Below are positions 1 through 7,736 of a stretch of 29,051 bases of DNA, piece after piece (positions within the stretch are counted from its first letter, which is position 1; the number at the start of each line of letters is the position of its first letter). The stretch is from the NCBI GenBank assembly GCA_052390515.1, contig JBQTGV010000083.1, positions 1 to 29,051 of the forward strand, in the 5' to 3' direction. Source of the DNA: Candidatus Eiseniibacteriota bacterium (GTDB lineage Bacteria; ARS69). Below the pieces are notes generated by a model. That model did not search any database. It saw nothing but the letters and a program-made list of their open reading frames with translations, and was not told the DNA's origin. The position numbers and the translations under genes are program-made.

Positions 1-163
1 GCAGCAGCTCCAGCCCGTACCGGTGCGCCGCGAGCACCTCACCGATGCTGCCCACCAGGTGACCGTCCAGTGTGAACTTCCGGCCGGGGAACGCGGCTTC
101 GAGGTCGCGGACGATCCCGTAGAGCCGACGGACGAGGACGGGGATGGCGTCGATTCCGACCAT
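1..163 (-). CDS. DUF6998-like protein, N-terminal part (runs off the window edge)
   Basis: Not in ORF track. Manual translation from ATG at 163: MVGIDAIPVLVRRLYGIVRDLEAAFPGRKFTLDGHLVGSIGEVLAAHRYGLELL. The FPGRxFTxDGHxVGSxGE motif is recalled from the DUF6998 family. Confidence 0.7.
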   Translation of the reverse strand, partial: MVGIDAIPVLVRRLYGIVRDLEAAFPGRKFTLDGHLVGSIGEVLAAHRYGLELL

Positions 164-283
164 GGCGTCGCCGAGTCTCGCAGGTCCCTGCTCGCGCGTC
201 GAGTCGGTGTCAGCGTCGCGTGAGCTTGGGATGCCGGTCTCAACGTCGACCACGGTCGCGCCCACCGGGGTCCGAGCGCCGAG

Positions 284-1144
284 TCATGTCTCGAGGCGCA
301 GCACCTCCGTGAGCGTCTCGACACTCGCCAGCGCCTGCTCTCGGATCGCGTCGATCACAGGCTCCGCCAGGTCAAGGTACCGAGCGGCCCACTCGACTCG
401 ATCCGCCTCCGCCGCCGAGTAGCACGTGCCCACCGAAGGTGACGCCAGTGCGTCCGCGAGGCATACGATGCATGCGAGCGGGCGGTATGGCTCCGCTGCT
501 TCGCTCGGCTCGTGGTGATACGCGATGGCATCTCCAATCGCCGGTGGGAATCGCCAGAGCTCGCTGATGCGCTGACCGATTGCGGCATGCGTGCACCCGA
601 GGACCTCCATCTCCACCCTGGAGAGCGTGGTGCCCTCCACGAGCCTCGCGATGAGATCCTCGAGGAGATCCGGCGCCAGTGCGTCGAGAGCCATGATGCC
701 GACGTCGTGCAGGAGGCCGGCGACGTACGCGGCCTGTGCACACTCTAGCTGCAGTGCGTGCGCGAGGCCATCCGCGGCGAAGGCCGTGTGAACGCAGTGC
801 CTCCAGAAGCCAGTCGGGTCGAAGTGCTCCGGGACCGTCCTTCGGAGCAGGCCGCCGCGAACGGAGAGGGACAGTGCGAGGTGCTTCACTCGCCGCACGC
901 CGACGAAGGTGATCGCGTCCATGATCGACGCGATCGGGTGACTCAAGCCGTAGTGGGCGCTGTTGACCGTGCGCAGCAGCTCGGCTGCAAGTGCAGGATC
1001 GCTCCCGACCAACCGGGCAAGATCCTGCGTACCACGCCGCCTGTCCTCGGAAAGCTCCCAGATCCGGGCGAAGGCCTCGGGCACCGGAGGAAGCGCCGCG
1101 AGATCCAGAACGAGGTGCGGATCCAGCTTCGTCCGATCGTCCAT
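284..1144 (-). CDS. HDOD domain protein (stand-alone)
   Basis: LPPVPE, DPALAAELLRTVNSAHYG, FWRHC, AGLLHDVG, THAAIG, WRFP, YHHEP, LAD: standard HDOD motif series. Confidence 0.93.
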   Translation of the reverse strand: MDDRTKLDPHLVLDLAALPPVPEAFARIWELSEDRRRGTQDLARLVGSDPALAAELLRTVNSAHYGLSHPIASIMDAITFVGVRRVKHLALSLSVRGGLLRRTVPEHFDPTGFWRHCVHTAFAADGLAHALQLECAQAAYVAGLLHDVGIMALDALAPDLLEDLIARLVEGTTLSRVEMEVLGCTHAAIGQRISELWRFPPAIGDAIAYHHEPSEAAEPYRPLACIVCLADALASPSVGTCYSAAEADRVEWAARYLDLAEPVIDAIREQALASVETLTEVLRLET

Positions 1145-1162
1145 AGAGGTTCCTGTTTCGTG

Positions 1163-2032
1163 CTAGGGAGCCGACGAGACGCTCAATAGATCGCTCGCCT
1201 TCGCGAGCTTCTCGATCGCCTGCTCGTGAACTCTTGCCAGGGTGGCCTCCTCGATCTTCAGCATGCTTGCGACGCGCGCGTGGTGCTCCGGGGAGGCGCC
1301 GCTGTAGCAGGCGGGAGTCTCCGGCGAGAACATCGTGTCCGCGAGGAGCACGGCACAGGCGATTGCCTGGAACTCACGCTCGGTGGCATGCGGCTCGTGG
1401 TGGGAAGCGATGGCCGCGACGATGGCCTGGGGGAACTGCCACCGCTCGGCGAACAGCCGCCCGATGTCGGCGTGTGTGCACTCCAGCACTTGGATGTCGG
1501 CCTCCAACAGCGGCATGCCGCCCCGGATGAGCTGCACGACCTCGCCGAGCTGCTCGGGGGAGGTGTTGTCGAGAACCATGATCCCGACGTCATGGAGGAG
1601 CCCGGCGACGTACGCGAGCTCGGGATCGGCCAGCCGGGCGGTGCGAGCGATGATCTCCGCGGCAATCGCCGTGCTCACGCAATGTCGCCAGAAGGCCACG
1701 CGGTCGAACTGGAATGGTCGGTGCCCCCGTGGGCGGAGGCCGTTGCGCACCAGCAGCGTGAGCGAGAGGCCTCGCACCGCGTGCACACCGAGGAGCACGA
1801 TGGCCTCACGGAGCGCCTGCACGGGCTGGCGGAGCCCGAATTGAGCGCCGTTGACCGTGCGCAGCACTTCGGAGGAGAGACCCGGATCGAGGCCCACCAC
1901 CTCGGCCAGCTCGCGCGCGCCGAGCTTGGGATCGTCGGAGACTTGCCAGATGCGAGCCAGAACCTCCGGCATGGGCGGGAGGCTCGAGAGGGCGAGGATC
2001 TGGGACTGGGCTCCCCGGGACTTGGTGGACAC
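1163..2032 (-). CDS. HDOD domain protein (stand-alone), paralogue of 284..1144
   Basis: LPPMPE, DPGLSSEVLRTVN, FWRHC, AGLLHDVG, THADIG, WQFP, SHHEP, LAD. GTG start with GGAGG RBS. Confidence 0.93.
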   Translation of the reverse strand: MSTKSRGAQSQILALSSLPPMPEVLARIWQVSDDPKLGARELAEVVGLDPGLSSEVLRTVNGAQFGLRQPVQALREAIVLLGVHAVRGLSLTLLVRNGLRPRGHRPFQFDRVAFWRHCVSTAIAAEIIARTARLADPELAYVAGLLHDVGIMVLDNTSPEQLGEVVQLIRGGMPLLEADIQVLECTHADIGRLFAERWQFPQAIVAAIASHHEPHATEREFQAIACAVLLADTMFSPETPACYSGASPEHHARVASMLKIEEATLARVHEQAIEKLAKASDLLSVSSAP

Positions 2033-2049
2033 GGATCCTCCCTAGCTGG

Positions 2050-2301
2050 CTAGCCCCGCTCGACTTTCTTGAGATGCACGGCGAGGTCCTCGCGCGCCCG
2101 ACTGAGCGCGCTCTGCGCCTCCTCCAAGGTCATGCGGAGGCTGCGCGCGATGGCCGCGAGGTGCTCGCGCTCGACAAAGTACCGCCACGCGACGTCGCGG
2201 TCCGGCGAGGGTAGTCGGCGAATCGCGACGCGCAACGCATCGACCCGAGGTCCGCTGGCGAGCGCCCGAACGCGGCTAGCGGTCACCGGCTTGATCTCCA
2301 C
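2050..2301 (-). CDS. Small sigma-70 region-4 (HTH) domain protein, 83 aa, lacking sigma region 2
   Basis: LRVAIRRLPSPDRDVAWRYFVEREHLAAIARSLRMTLEEAQSALSRAREDL resembles ECF sigma region 4. GGAGG/GGGGAG upstream of the GTG start. Confidence 0.72.
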   Translation of the reverse strand: MEIKPVTASRVRALASGPRVDALRVAIRRLPSPDRDVAWRYFVEREHLAAIARSLRMTLEEAQSALSRAREDLAVHLKKVERG

Positions 2302-2464
2302 TCCCCAATCACCTCCCGGGAACCGCAGGGCTCTCCGGACTGGGGCTCACGAGTTGTGAGTTCCGTCTCTCAGGAGATGGTCGGCACGTGCCGAGGCGTT
2401 GGCGGATCCGTGGCGCTCGTGATTCTCGGGGTGGGAGAAGCACAGAGAGGGATGCGCGCAATAA

Positions 2465-2492
2465 TACGGATAGACATCTGTAGAATTACGTA
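2465..2492. promoter_or_regulatory. AT-rich imperfect palindrome, candidate NarL/LuxR-type operator
   Basis: TACGGAT-AGAC-ATCTGTA (6/7 dyad, 2465-2482) plus adjacent TACGTA (2487-2492), upstream of the sigma4-HDOD-HDOD genes. Confidence 0.4.
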
Positions 2493-3148
2493 TCGATCGC
2501 CGTAAGTCCTTCTCGGATCGCGTACTTGGTCAGGTGAGCGAGCGAGTGAAGATCCAGCTTTCGCATGATGTGGCTTCGGTGCGTCTCTACGGTTCTCGGG
2601 CTGACATGAAGAGCCCGCGCGATGTCCTTGGTGAGGTGACCTTCCGCGAGGAGCTGAAGGACCTCTCGCTCACGCAAGGTCAGGATCTGCCGACGGGGGC
2701 CGTCCGATTCCTGGCTGCGCAGCCGGCCGGCGACATCCTCGATGATGAGGTCCGCCAGCGGCGCACTGATGTATCTGCGGCCCGCCGAGACGCGCCGAAT
2801 CGCAGTGACGAGCTCCTCGAGGGACGCCTCATGGAGGAAGAGACCCGCGATACCGGCTGCCAGCGCCGGGGGCGCGAGCGTGCACTGTCGCTGCGAGAGG
2901 ATGAGGATGACCTGCGCTTCGCAGCCGCTGCTCCGCAGCTCGCCAGCCGTTGCCATCCCGTTCAGCTTGGGGAGAGCCATGTCCAGGATCGCCACGTCCG
3001 GTGCGACCTGTCTTGCGAGCTGGACGCTGGACGGGCCGTCCTCCGCCTCGGCCGTGACCCGAAGCGCGGGCTGCAGGCTCAACGCTGTGCGGACTGCGTC
3101 CCGCCACAGCCGATGACGATGCGCGATCAGAAGATGCGTCACTTCCAC
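2486..3148 (-). CDS. NarL/FixJ (LuxR-family) response regulator with atypical receiver domain
   Basis: REC domain (PDVAILDMALPKLNG) plus LuxR HTH (LTLREREVLQLLAEGHLTKDIARALHVSPRTVETHRSHIMRKL). Confidence 0.93.
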   Translation of the reverse strand: MEVTHLLIAHRHRLWRDAVRTALSLQPALRVTAEAEDGPSSVQLARQVAPDVAILDMALPKLNGMATAGELRSSGCEAQVILILSQRQCTLAPPALAAGIAGLFLHEASLEELVTAIRRVSAGRRYISAPLADLIIEDVAGRLRSQESDGPRRQILTLREREVLQLLAEGHLTKDIARALHVSPRTVETHRSHIMRKLDLHSLAHLTKYAIREGLTAIDT

Positions 3149-3186
3149 GGATCCTCGCGAGCTGGATGCCGTGGGGGAATGCCCGA

Positions 3187-3241
3187 TCTATACGAACGCG
3201 AGCCGAGGGTTGCAAGGAGATTAGCTCCACAATAGATTGTG
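3187..3241 (-). promoter_or_regulatory. Putative sigma-70 promoter of the response regulator, with upstream palindrome
   Basis: Minus strand TTGCAA (3215-3210), 17-bp spacer, TATAGA (3192-3187). Perfect dyad CACAAT-AG-ATTGTG at 3228-3241. Confidence 0.4.
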
Positions 3242-3352
3242 ACCTGATCATCGACTATGGAGGACTCGGAGCCGCCGGTTGCCGTGGCGAGGACGCGTCG
3301 AGAGGTGCCGCGGCGAGATCCCGCTAGCTCAAGTCGGCATCGTTACGAGCGG

Positions 3353-3412
3353 CTACTTCCCGAACATGCTCACGACCTGCCCCCACGTGCTGGCATGGAC
3401 GGGGACGGGACC
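3353..3412 (-). pseudogene. Orphan 3' end of a deleted gene carrying a TWG-type C-terminal tail
   Basis: Manual translation GPVPVHASTWGQVVSMFGK-stop, similar to the tail at 15026-15067. Confidence 0.5.
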
Positions 3413-3452
3413 GAGAATGCGGTGCCAAGACGCACCGCGGGGTCGGGTGCAC

Positions 3453-3953
3453 TCACTTCGACAACGCAGCGAGATACTCAGCCGCTATGCGCTCTGCGAG
3501 GATCTCATTGCCGAGCTGGTTCAGGTGGCAGTAGTCGTAGTAGATCGTCCGTCGCTCCGATTCCAGGATCCCGGAAAGGTCGCCAAAGGAGATCCCAGCG
3601 CGCTCGAGCTCCGCGGCCCTCGCCCTCATGAGTGGGTAGAGGGTGCGGACGCTCTGTGCCCAGGGATCATCTGCCGGCCTGACCAAATCCCTCTCCTCGA
3701 CCGTGAGCGGCTTGGACGGGGTTGGCAGGGTGTCGTGCGGAGTCGGCTGGAGGATGTGAACATAGACCACCCCCAGACCTCTGCACATCGCTCCGATAAG
3801 GAGGGATCCCCGTACCCATAGGTCGACCGCCTCGGTGCGCTGTTGCTCGTCGTCCATCTCGACGAATGGGCCACGCCGCGCCAGCTCGGTGCCTCGCCTC
3901 GCTTCGAGGTCGGCGGCCTGTTGATACTCTCCATACGCCGTGCTCGCTTGTTT
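3453..3953 (-). pseudogene. 5'-truncated SGNH/GDSL hydrolase-like gene (C-terminal part only)
   Basis: HILQP and YYDYCHLNQLGNEILAERIA (DxxH block V). The frame stays open upstream of the 3857 Met to a TAA at 3956-3954. No GDS block I. Confidence 0.65.
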
Positions 3954-4018
3954 TTAAGCGAGAATGCGTTTACCGTCGGTTCCGACGGCAACCCCTTCAC
4001 GCTCGGCTTGGAGGCACC

Positions 4019-4564
4019 ATGCTTTGGATGCAGCAGTTGTTGGGGTGTCCGGCTGCCGTCCTGCTCACAATTGGCGGGACGACGCCCGCGCCGCCGGATC
4101 ACAAGAGCCGCGAGTTCCTGACCTGGCAGACGGAGCAGGATGTTGCCTACCGACTGAGCCAGTGCGATGCAGCCCAGGTCATGCTTCTGGACGAGCGTGG
4201 GATCTTCAACCTCGAGGACTGGCGAGGCGACTTCGATCGTCAGGTCATGGGCGACGGCGTCAGGAGCGAAGTCGTGGACATGTTGCCTGCGAGCGTCGAA
4301 CGGCTGAAGAGTCTGCTGCTCGAGCCAACGCACTACGTGCCCGGCGATAAACTATGTCTGATCAGCGGCGACGCCGCCCTCCTGTTCCGAGGACCCCAGG
4401 GCGAGGTCGAGGTGATGCTGGAGCTGTGGTGCAGCCGCGTTCACTTTCGGATCGCGACAGGCTGCAGGCTGATCGAGAACGTCGACCCGGTTCAGACCGA
4501 GCTGATCGGAATCGTGAGACGGCACTTCCCAGGCGACGAGTACCTGGCGCGGCTGAAGCCATGA
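4019..4564 (+). CDS. Hypothetical, probably exported protein (181 aa)
   Basis: GGAGG RBS before ATG 4019, hydrophobic N-terminus (MLWMQQLLGCPAAVLLTIGG), globular composition. No family recognised. Confidence 0.6.
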   Translation: MLWMQQLLGCPAAVLLTIGGTTPAPPDHKSREFLTWQTEQDVAYRLSQCDAAQVMLLDERGIFNLEDWRGDFDRQVMGDGVRSEVVDMLPASVERLKSLLLEPTHYVPGDKLCLISGDAALLFRGPQGEVEVMLELWCSRVHFRIATGCRLIENVDPVQTELIGIVRRHFPGDEYLARLKP

Positions 4565-4620
4565 ACGGACGGACTGAGTGCGGTCCGCAGCCGGCTCCCA
4601 TCGTCCTGTCCTCCGAGTCG

Positions 4621-6026
4621 GAGTCAATCCCATTCGTCGTTGAAAATGTAGACGGCTCGACATGTCAGGCCGCTGCCTGACGCTTCACTCCTCCGATCTC
4701 CCTCTGCAGCGCGTCGCGCAACAGGGCGAGATGCTTGCAGCCTCGCACGCGGCGAAGCCTGGGCTCGATCTCCAGCAGCGCCGTCCCGACCCACCGGTGC
4801 TTCTGGTCGCTGTTCCGGAAGCGGTCCACGTGATCCGTCAGCCGGCCCACGTGTGCCTGGATCGACTCGATCACGTTGGTCGTCGCGAACGACAGGCGCA
4901 GCTCCTCCGCCAGGCCGAGGCGATGCAGCGTCAGCGTGTCCTCCAATCCCTCGTCCAGGCTCTGAGCCGCCGAGCGGTTCACCAGCGCGAGCTCCGCTCG
5001 GACCCGCTTCAGCGCGGCCTTGGCCTGCGCGTAGGTCGGCTGGCCGTAGGCCGCCTGCAGCTTCCGCCGGAACGCCGCTCGCGTCGACTGCGGAAGGTAT
5101 GACAAGACGTTCTCCCGCTTGTGCCACCGGCAGCGCTGGATCACGCCGCGCCGCCCGAACACCTCCCGTGCCCCGCGGTGGAACCCCTTCGCACCGTCCA
5201 CCACCACCAGCAGCCCCGTCGCGAACGAGAGGCCACGATCCACCAGCGACTGCAGGAAGTCCTTGCAGACCGACGCGTTCTCGCTCGCCGTCTGCACCAT
5301 CCCCAGGATCACCTTCTTCCCCTCGAGCGTCACGCCCACCGCGATCACCATCTCGTCGTCCCCGAAGCTCTTCCCGTCCAGGAACAGCGCGACGAAGTCG
5401 TGCCCCGAAAGATCCCGCTCCATCAGCTCCTGAAGCTTCACCGAGCTCGCACGGATGAACCGGCGTGAGACCGTCGAGGACGACACGCCGAACACCTCCG
5501 GGACCAGCGCGGAAGTCTCCTCGTAGTTCCGGCACCCCAGGCCGCGCAGCACACGTCCCAGCAGGTGGCCGTCCGCCTCCCGCGGCGTCTGCAACCGCTC
5601 GTAGCTCGGCAAGCGGACCTCCCGTACCTCGTGAACGTCCCGCACCCGCGGCACGATCACCGGCACCTTCTGGTCGGCCAGGTACACCGATCCTCGCTCG
5701 CGTCCCCACCGGTAGTACCGGCGATCCCCAGGGCCTCGCTCGTAGCGCGGGCCCGCCAGCTCGGTCACCGCGCGCTGCAGCTCCTGCTCCACCGCCTCGA
5801 GCCCCAACGGGATCAGCGCCTGGATCAGCTCGATCCTCGAGTCCAGCTCCGCCACCGCCTGCACCGCCACCGCCGGCGTCCTCCGAACTTCCGCCTTCCG
5901 TCCGACCGACCTGCGAGCTAACTTTCCCATCTCGGCTCCTTGTGGTGAGGGGTCCTGTCCACTCGCCGTGAACGGGCCCATCCTACTTGGAGCCGTCTAA
6001 TTTTCAACGAAGGCTAGCACGCTCTC
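4621..6026 (-). mobile_element. Complete IS256-family insertion sequence (1406 bp)
   Basis: Imperfect terminal IRs 4621-4658 (GAG-N13-TCGTTGAAAATGTAGACGGCTC) and 5990-6026 (reverse complement GAG-N13-TCGTTGAAAATTAGACGGCTC). 8-bp direct repeat CCGAGTCG at 4613-4620 and 6027-6034. Confidence 0.93.
4665..5930 (-). CDS. IS256 (Mutator-like) DDE transposase
   Basis: ALFLDG, LVVVDGAKG, QRCRWHKREN, TTNVIES motifs. AAGGAG RBS favours ATG 5930 over 5981. Confidence 0.95.
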   Translation of the reverse strand: MGKLARRSVGRKAEVRRTPAVAVQAVAELDSRIELIQALIPLGLEAVEQELQRAVTELAGPRYERGPGDRRYYRWGRERGSVYLADQKVPVIVPRVRDVHEVREVRLPSYERLQTPREADGHLLGRVLRGLGCRNYEETSALVPEVFGVSSSTVSRRFIRASSVKLQELMERDLSGHDFVALFLDGKSFGDDEMVIAVGVTLEGKKVILGMVQTASENASVCKDFLQSLVDRGLSFATGLLVVVDGAKGFHRGAREVFGRRGVIQRCRWHKRENVLSYLPQSTRAAFRRKLQAAYGQPTYAQAKAALKRVRAELALVNRSAAQSLDEGLEDTLTLHRLGLAEELRLSFATTNVIESIQAHVGRLTDHVDRFRNSDQKHRWVGTALLEIEPRLRRVRGCKHLALLRDALQREIGGVKRQAAA

Positions 6027-6109
6027 CCGAGTCGTGGGGCGGGACGAAGGGGAAGTAACGGTAGTCCTCGCTCCCGCATAGTCGTCTTCCTTCGCCTTGC
6101 GAGGTCGAG

Positions 6110-6327
6110 ATGTTGTGGGTAACCAGAGCCGGCGCGACGCCAAGGGCGCCGACTACACGCACCAAGCGTCATCCGAGGGCGAGGTGTGCTCGTTCGCAAC
6201 TTTGATGCGAGAGTTCGGCCTCCGGGGAAAGGACGCCGCGCTTGACGAGGTCGCGCGGATCGTGAACCACGCCGATGTGCGGCCGGAAACGACTGCCTGG
6301 ACGGGGGCGCCACCGACGGCAACGTAG
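6110..6327 (+). pseudogene. Decayed ChrB-domain (ChrF-like) gene, paralogue of 21304..21765
   Basis: ATG 6110 MLWVTRAGA, then an out-of-frame deletion of about 41 codons, then DAKGADYTHQ..GEVCSFATLMREF..DAALDEVARIVNHADVRPETTAW. C-terminus missing. Confidence 0.85.
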
Positions 6328-6338
6328 CACGATAGGGG

Positions 6339-7175
6339 ATGAAGTTCCTGATCGAGGCGGAAGAAGCGACGGTCGGCCGTCTCCGCTTCGATCACATAGT
6401 CGCTCCCTGGCCCTTGGTGATCTTTGGCCGGCAACGCTTCTCACACCTTCTCCTTGGAATGTCGTTCCCCGGGACCAAGTTAAGCTACATCCAGGGCGTC
6501 GCCACGTATGACGTGCTGGATTGCTTCTTCGATCACTACGTGTGTGCCTCCGAGTTCGTGCGCGACCACGTCCGCCGCCTGTACGGTCTCGACGCGCCGG
6601 TGATTCCCCCGTTCGTCCATGTCGAGCTCGTCCCGGAACCGGTGCCCTGGGACCAGCGCCCCCCGCGGAAGGTGCTGGTCCTGAGGAAGTCGCACAGCGC
6701 ACCGCTTCTCGAGCACATCCAGTCCGTCCTGCGGCAACGCCATTCGAGCCTCGGGCTGGAGTTCGAGCCCGTGCATGCCGTAGTCCCGCAGCGTGACCTG
6801 CTCTGCATGATGCAGAAGTACCGGTATGTGCTGTCCCTGAGCGCGTGCGAGGGATTCGGACTCTGCCCGCTGGAGGCCATGCTGTGCGGGTGCTCGGTGG
6901 TCGGATTCCACGGTCACGGCGGCTTGCAGTACATGGTGTCCGCGAAGAACTGCGAAGTGGTAGCGTACCCGGCCTTCGATGCGCTCGTGGATCTGCTTGC
7001 CCGCGTGGTTCGCGACGACGAGCTTGCGCGAGCGCTCGCTGGCGAGGGAAGGCGGACCGCGCTCGGATTCGGGTTGCCGCAGTTCCGCGAACGGTGGACG
7101 AGCTTCTTCCAGGACAGGATGAAATTCGCCACAACTGCGCCGAGCCCTCCAACTCACTACGAGCAACGGGGTTAG
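6339..7175 (+). pseudogene. N-terminally truncated GT-B (GT4-like) glycosyltransferase, paralogue of 25494..26489
   Basis: EGFGLCPLEAMLCG motif. Collinear with the downstream paralogue only from FSHLLLGM onward; roughly the first 85 aa of the paralogue are replaced by unrelated sequence. Confidence 0.75.
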
Positions 7176-7345
7176 AGCGCTCGCCCCCAGCACGCAGCCG
7201 ACTGTCGCCGTAAGTCCCGAATGCACTCTCCGCGCCATTTGACGTGGGCGGTGGAGCGGCGTACCCTGCCATCGGGCTCGTTGCGGATCGACTGGCGCCG
7301 AGGTTCCGATGCCTCTAAGCGTGCCACGGGTCGAGGCCAGCACCG

Positions 7346-7633
7346 ACGTCGAGTGCGCAGCTCTATTGGGAAAACAACAACAACAACTTCAACGCGGTGG
7401 ACCAGCGCACCGCGGACATCAAGATCCCGGTGGCCATCACGGTCTTTCCCGGAGAGATCTACCAGGCGCCCAGGACGTGGGCCGAGCGCGCCTATCCCAA
7501 CCTGATCTACTTCAACGAGGTCGACGAAGGCGGTCACTTCGCGGCCTGGGAGCAGCCGGAGCTCCTCTCCGCAGAGCTTCGAACCGCGTTCAGGTCGTTG
7601 CGCCCCAAGAGTCAGATGGTGAAGACGCGCTGA
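7346..7633 (+). pseudogene. C-terminal remnant of an epoxide hydrolase (microsomal-type alpha/beta fold)
   Basis: TSSAQLYWEN..PVAITVFPGEIYQAPRTWAERAYPNLIYFNEVDEGGHFAAWEQP. In-frame TAA at 7316, no N-terminal domain. Confidence 0.85.
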
Positions 7634-7736
7634 CCGTGCAGTTGGTACCACGCCAGATGCGACAGAGAGGGAGGGGGCCATGCGTCACACGAACGGGAAG
7701 TCCAGAGCTCACGTCAATGGCAAGGAGATCAGATCG

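Noticed and set aside
2375-2405. Sigma-28-like promoter (GCCGACCA) upstream of the sigma4 gene, and a similar GCCGAC near 24477
   Set aside because: No TAAA-like -35 at the 15-bp spacing, and GCCGA is common in high-GC DNA.
7373-7387. (AAC)5 microsatellite as a contingency locus
   Set aside because: It is an in-frame Asn run inside a gene remnant, with no frame-switching potential.
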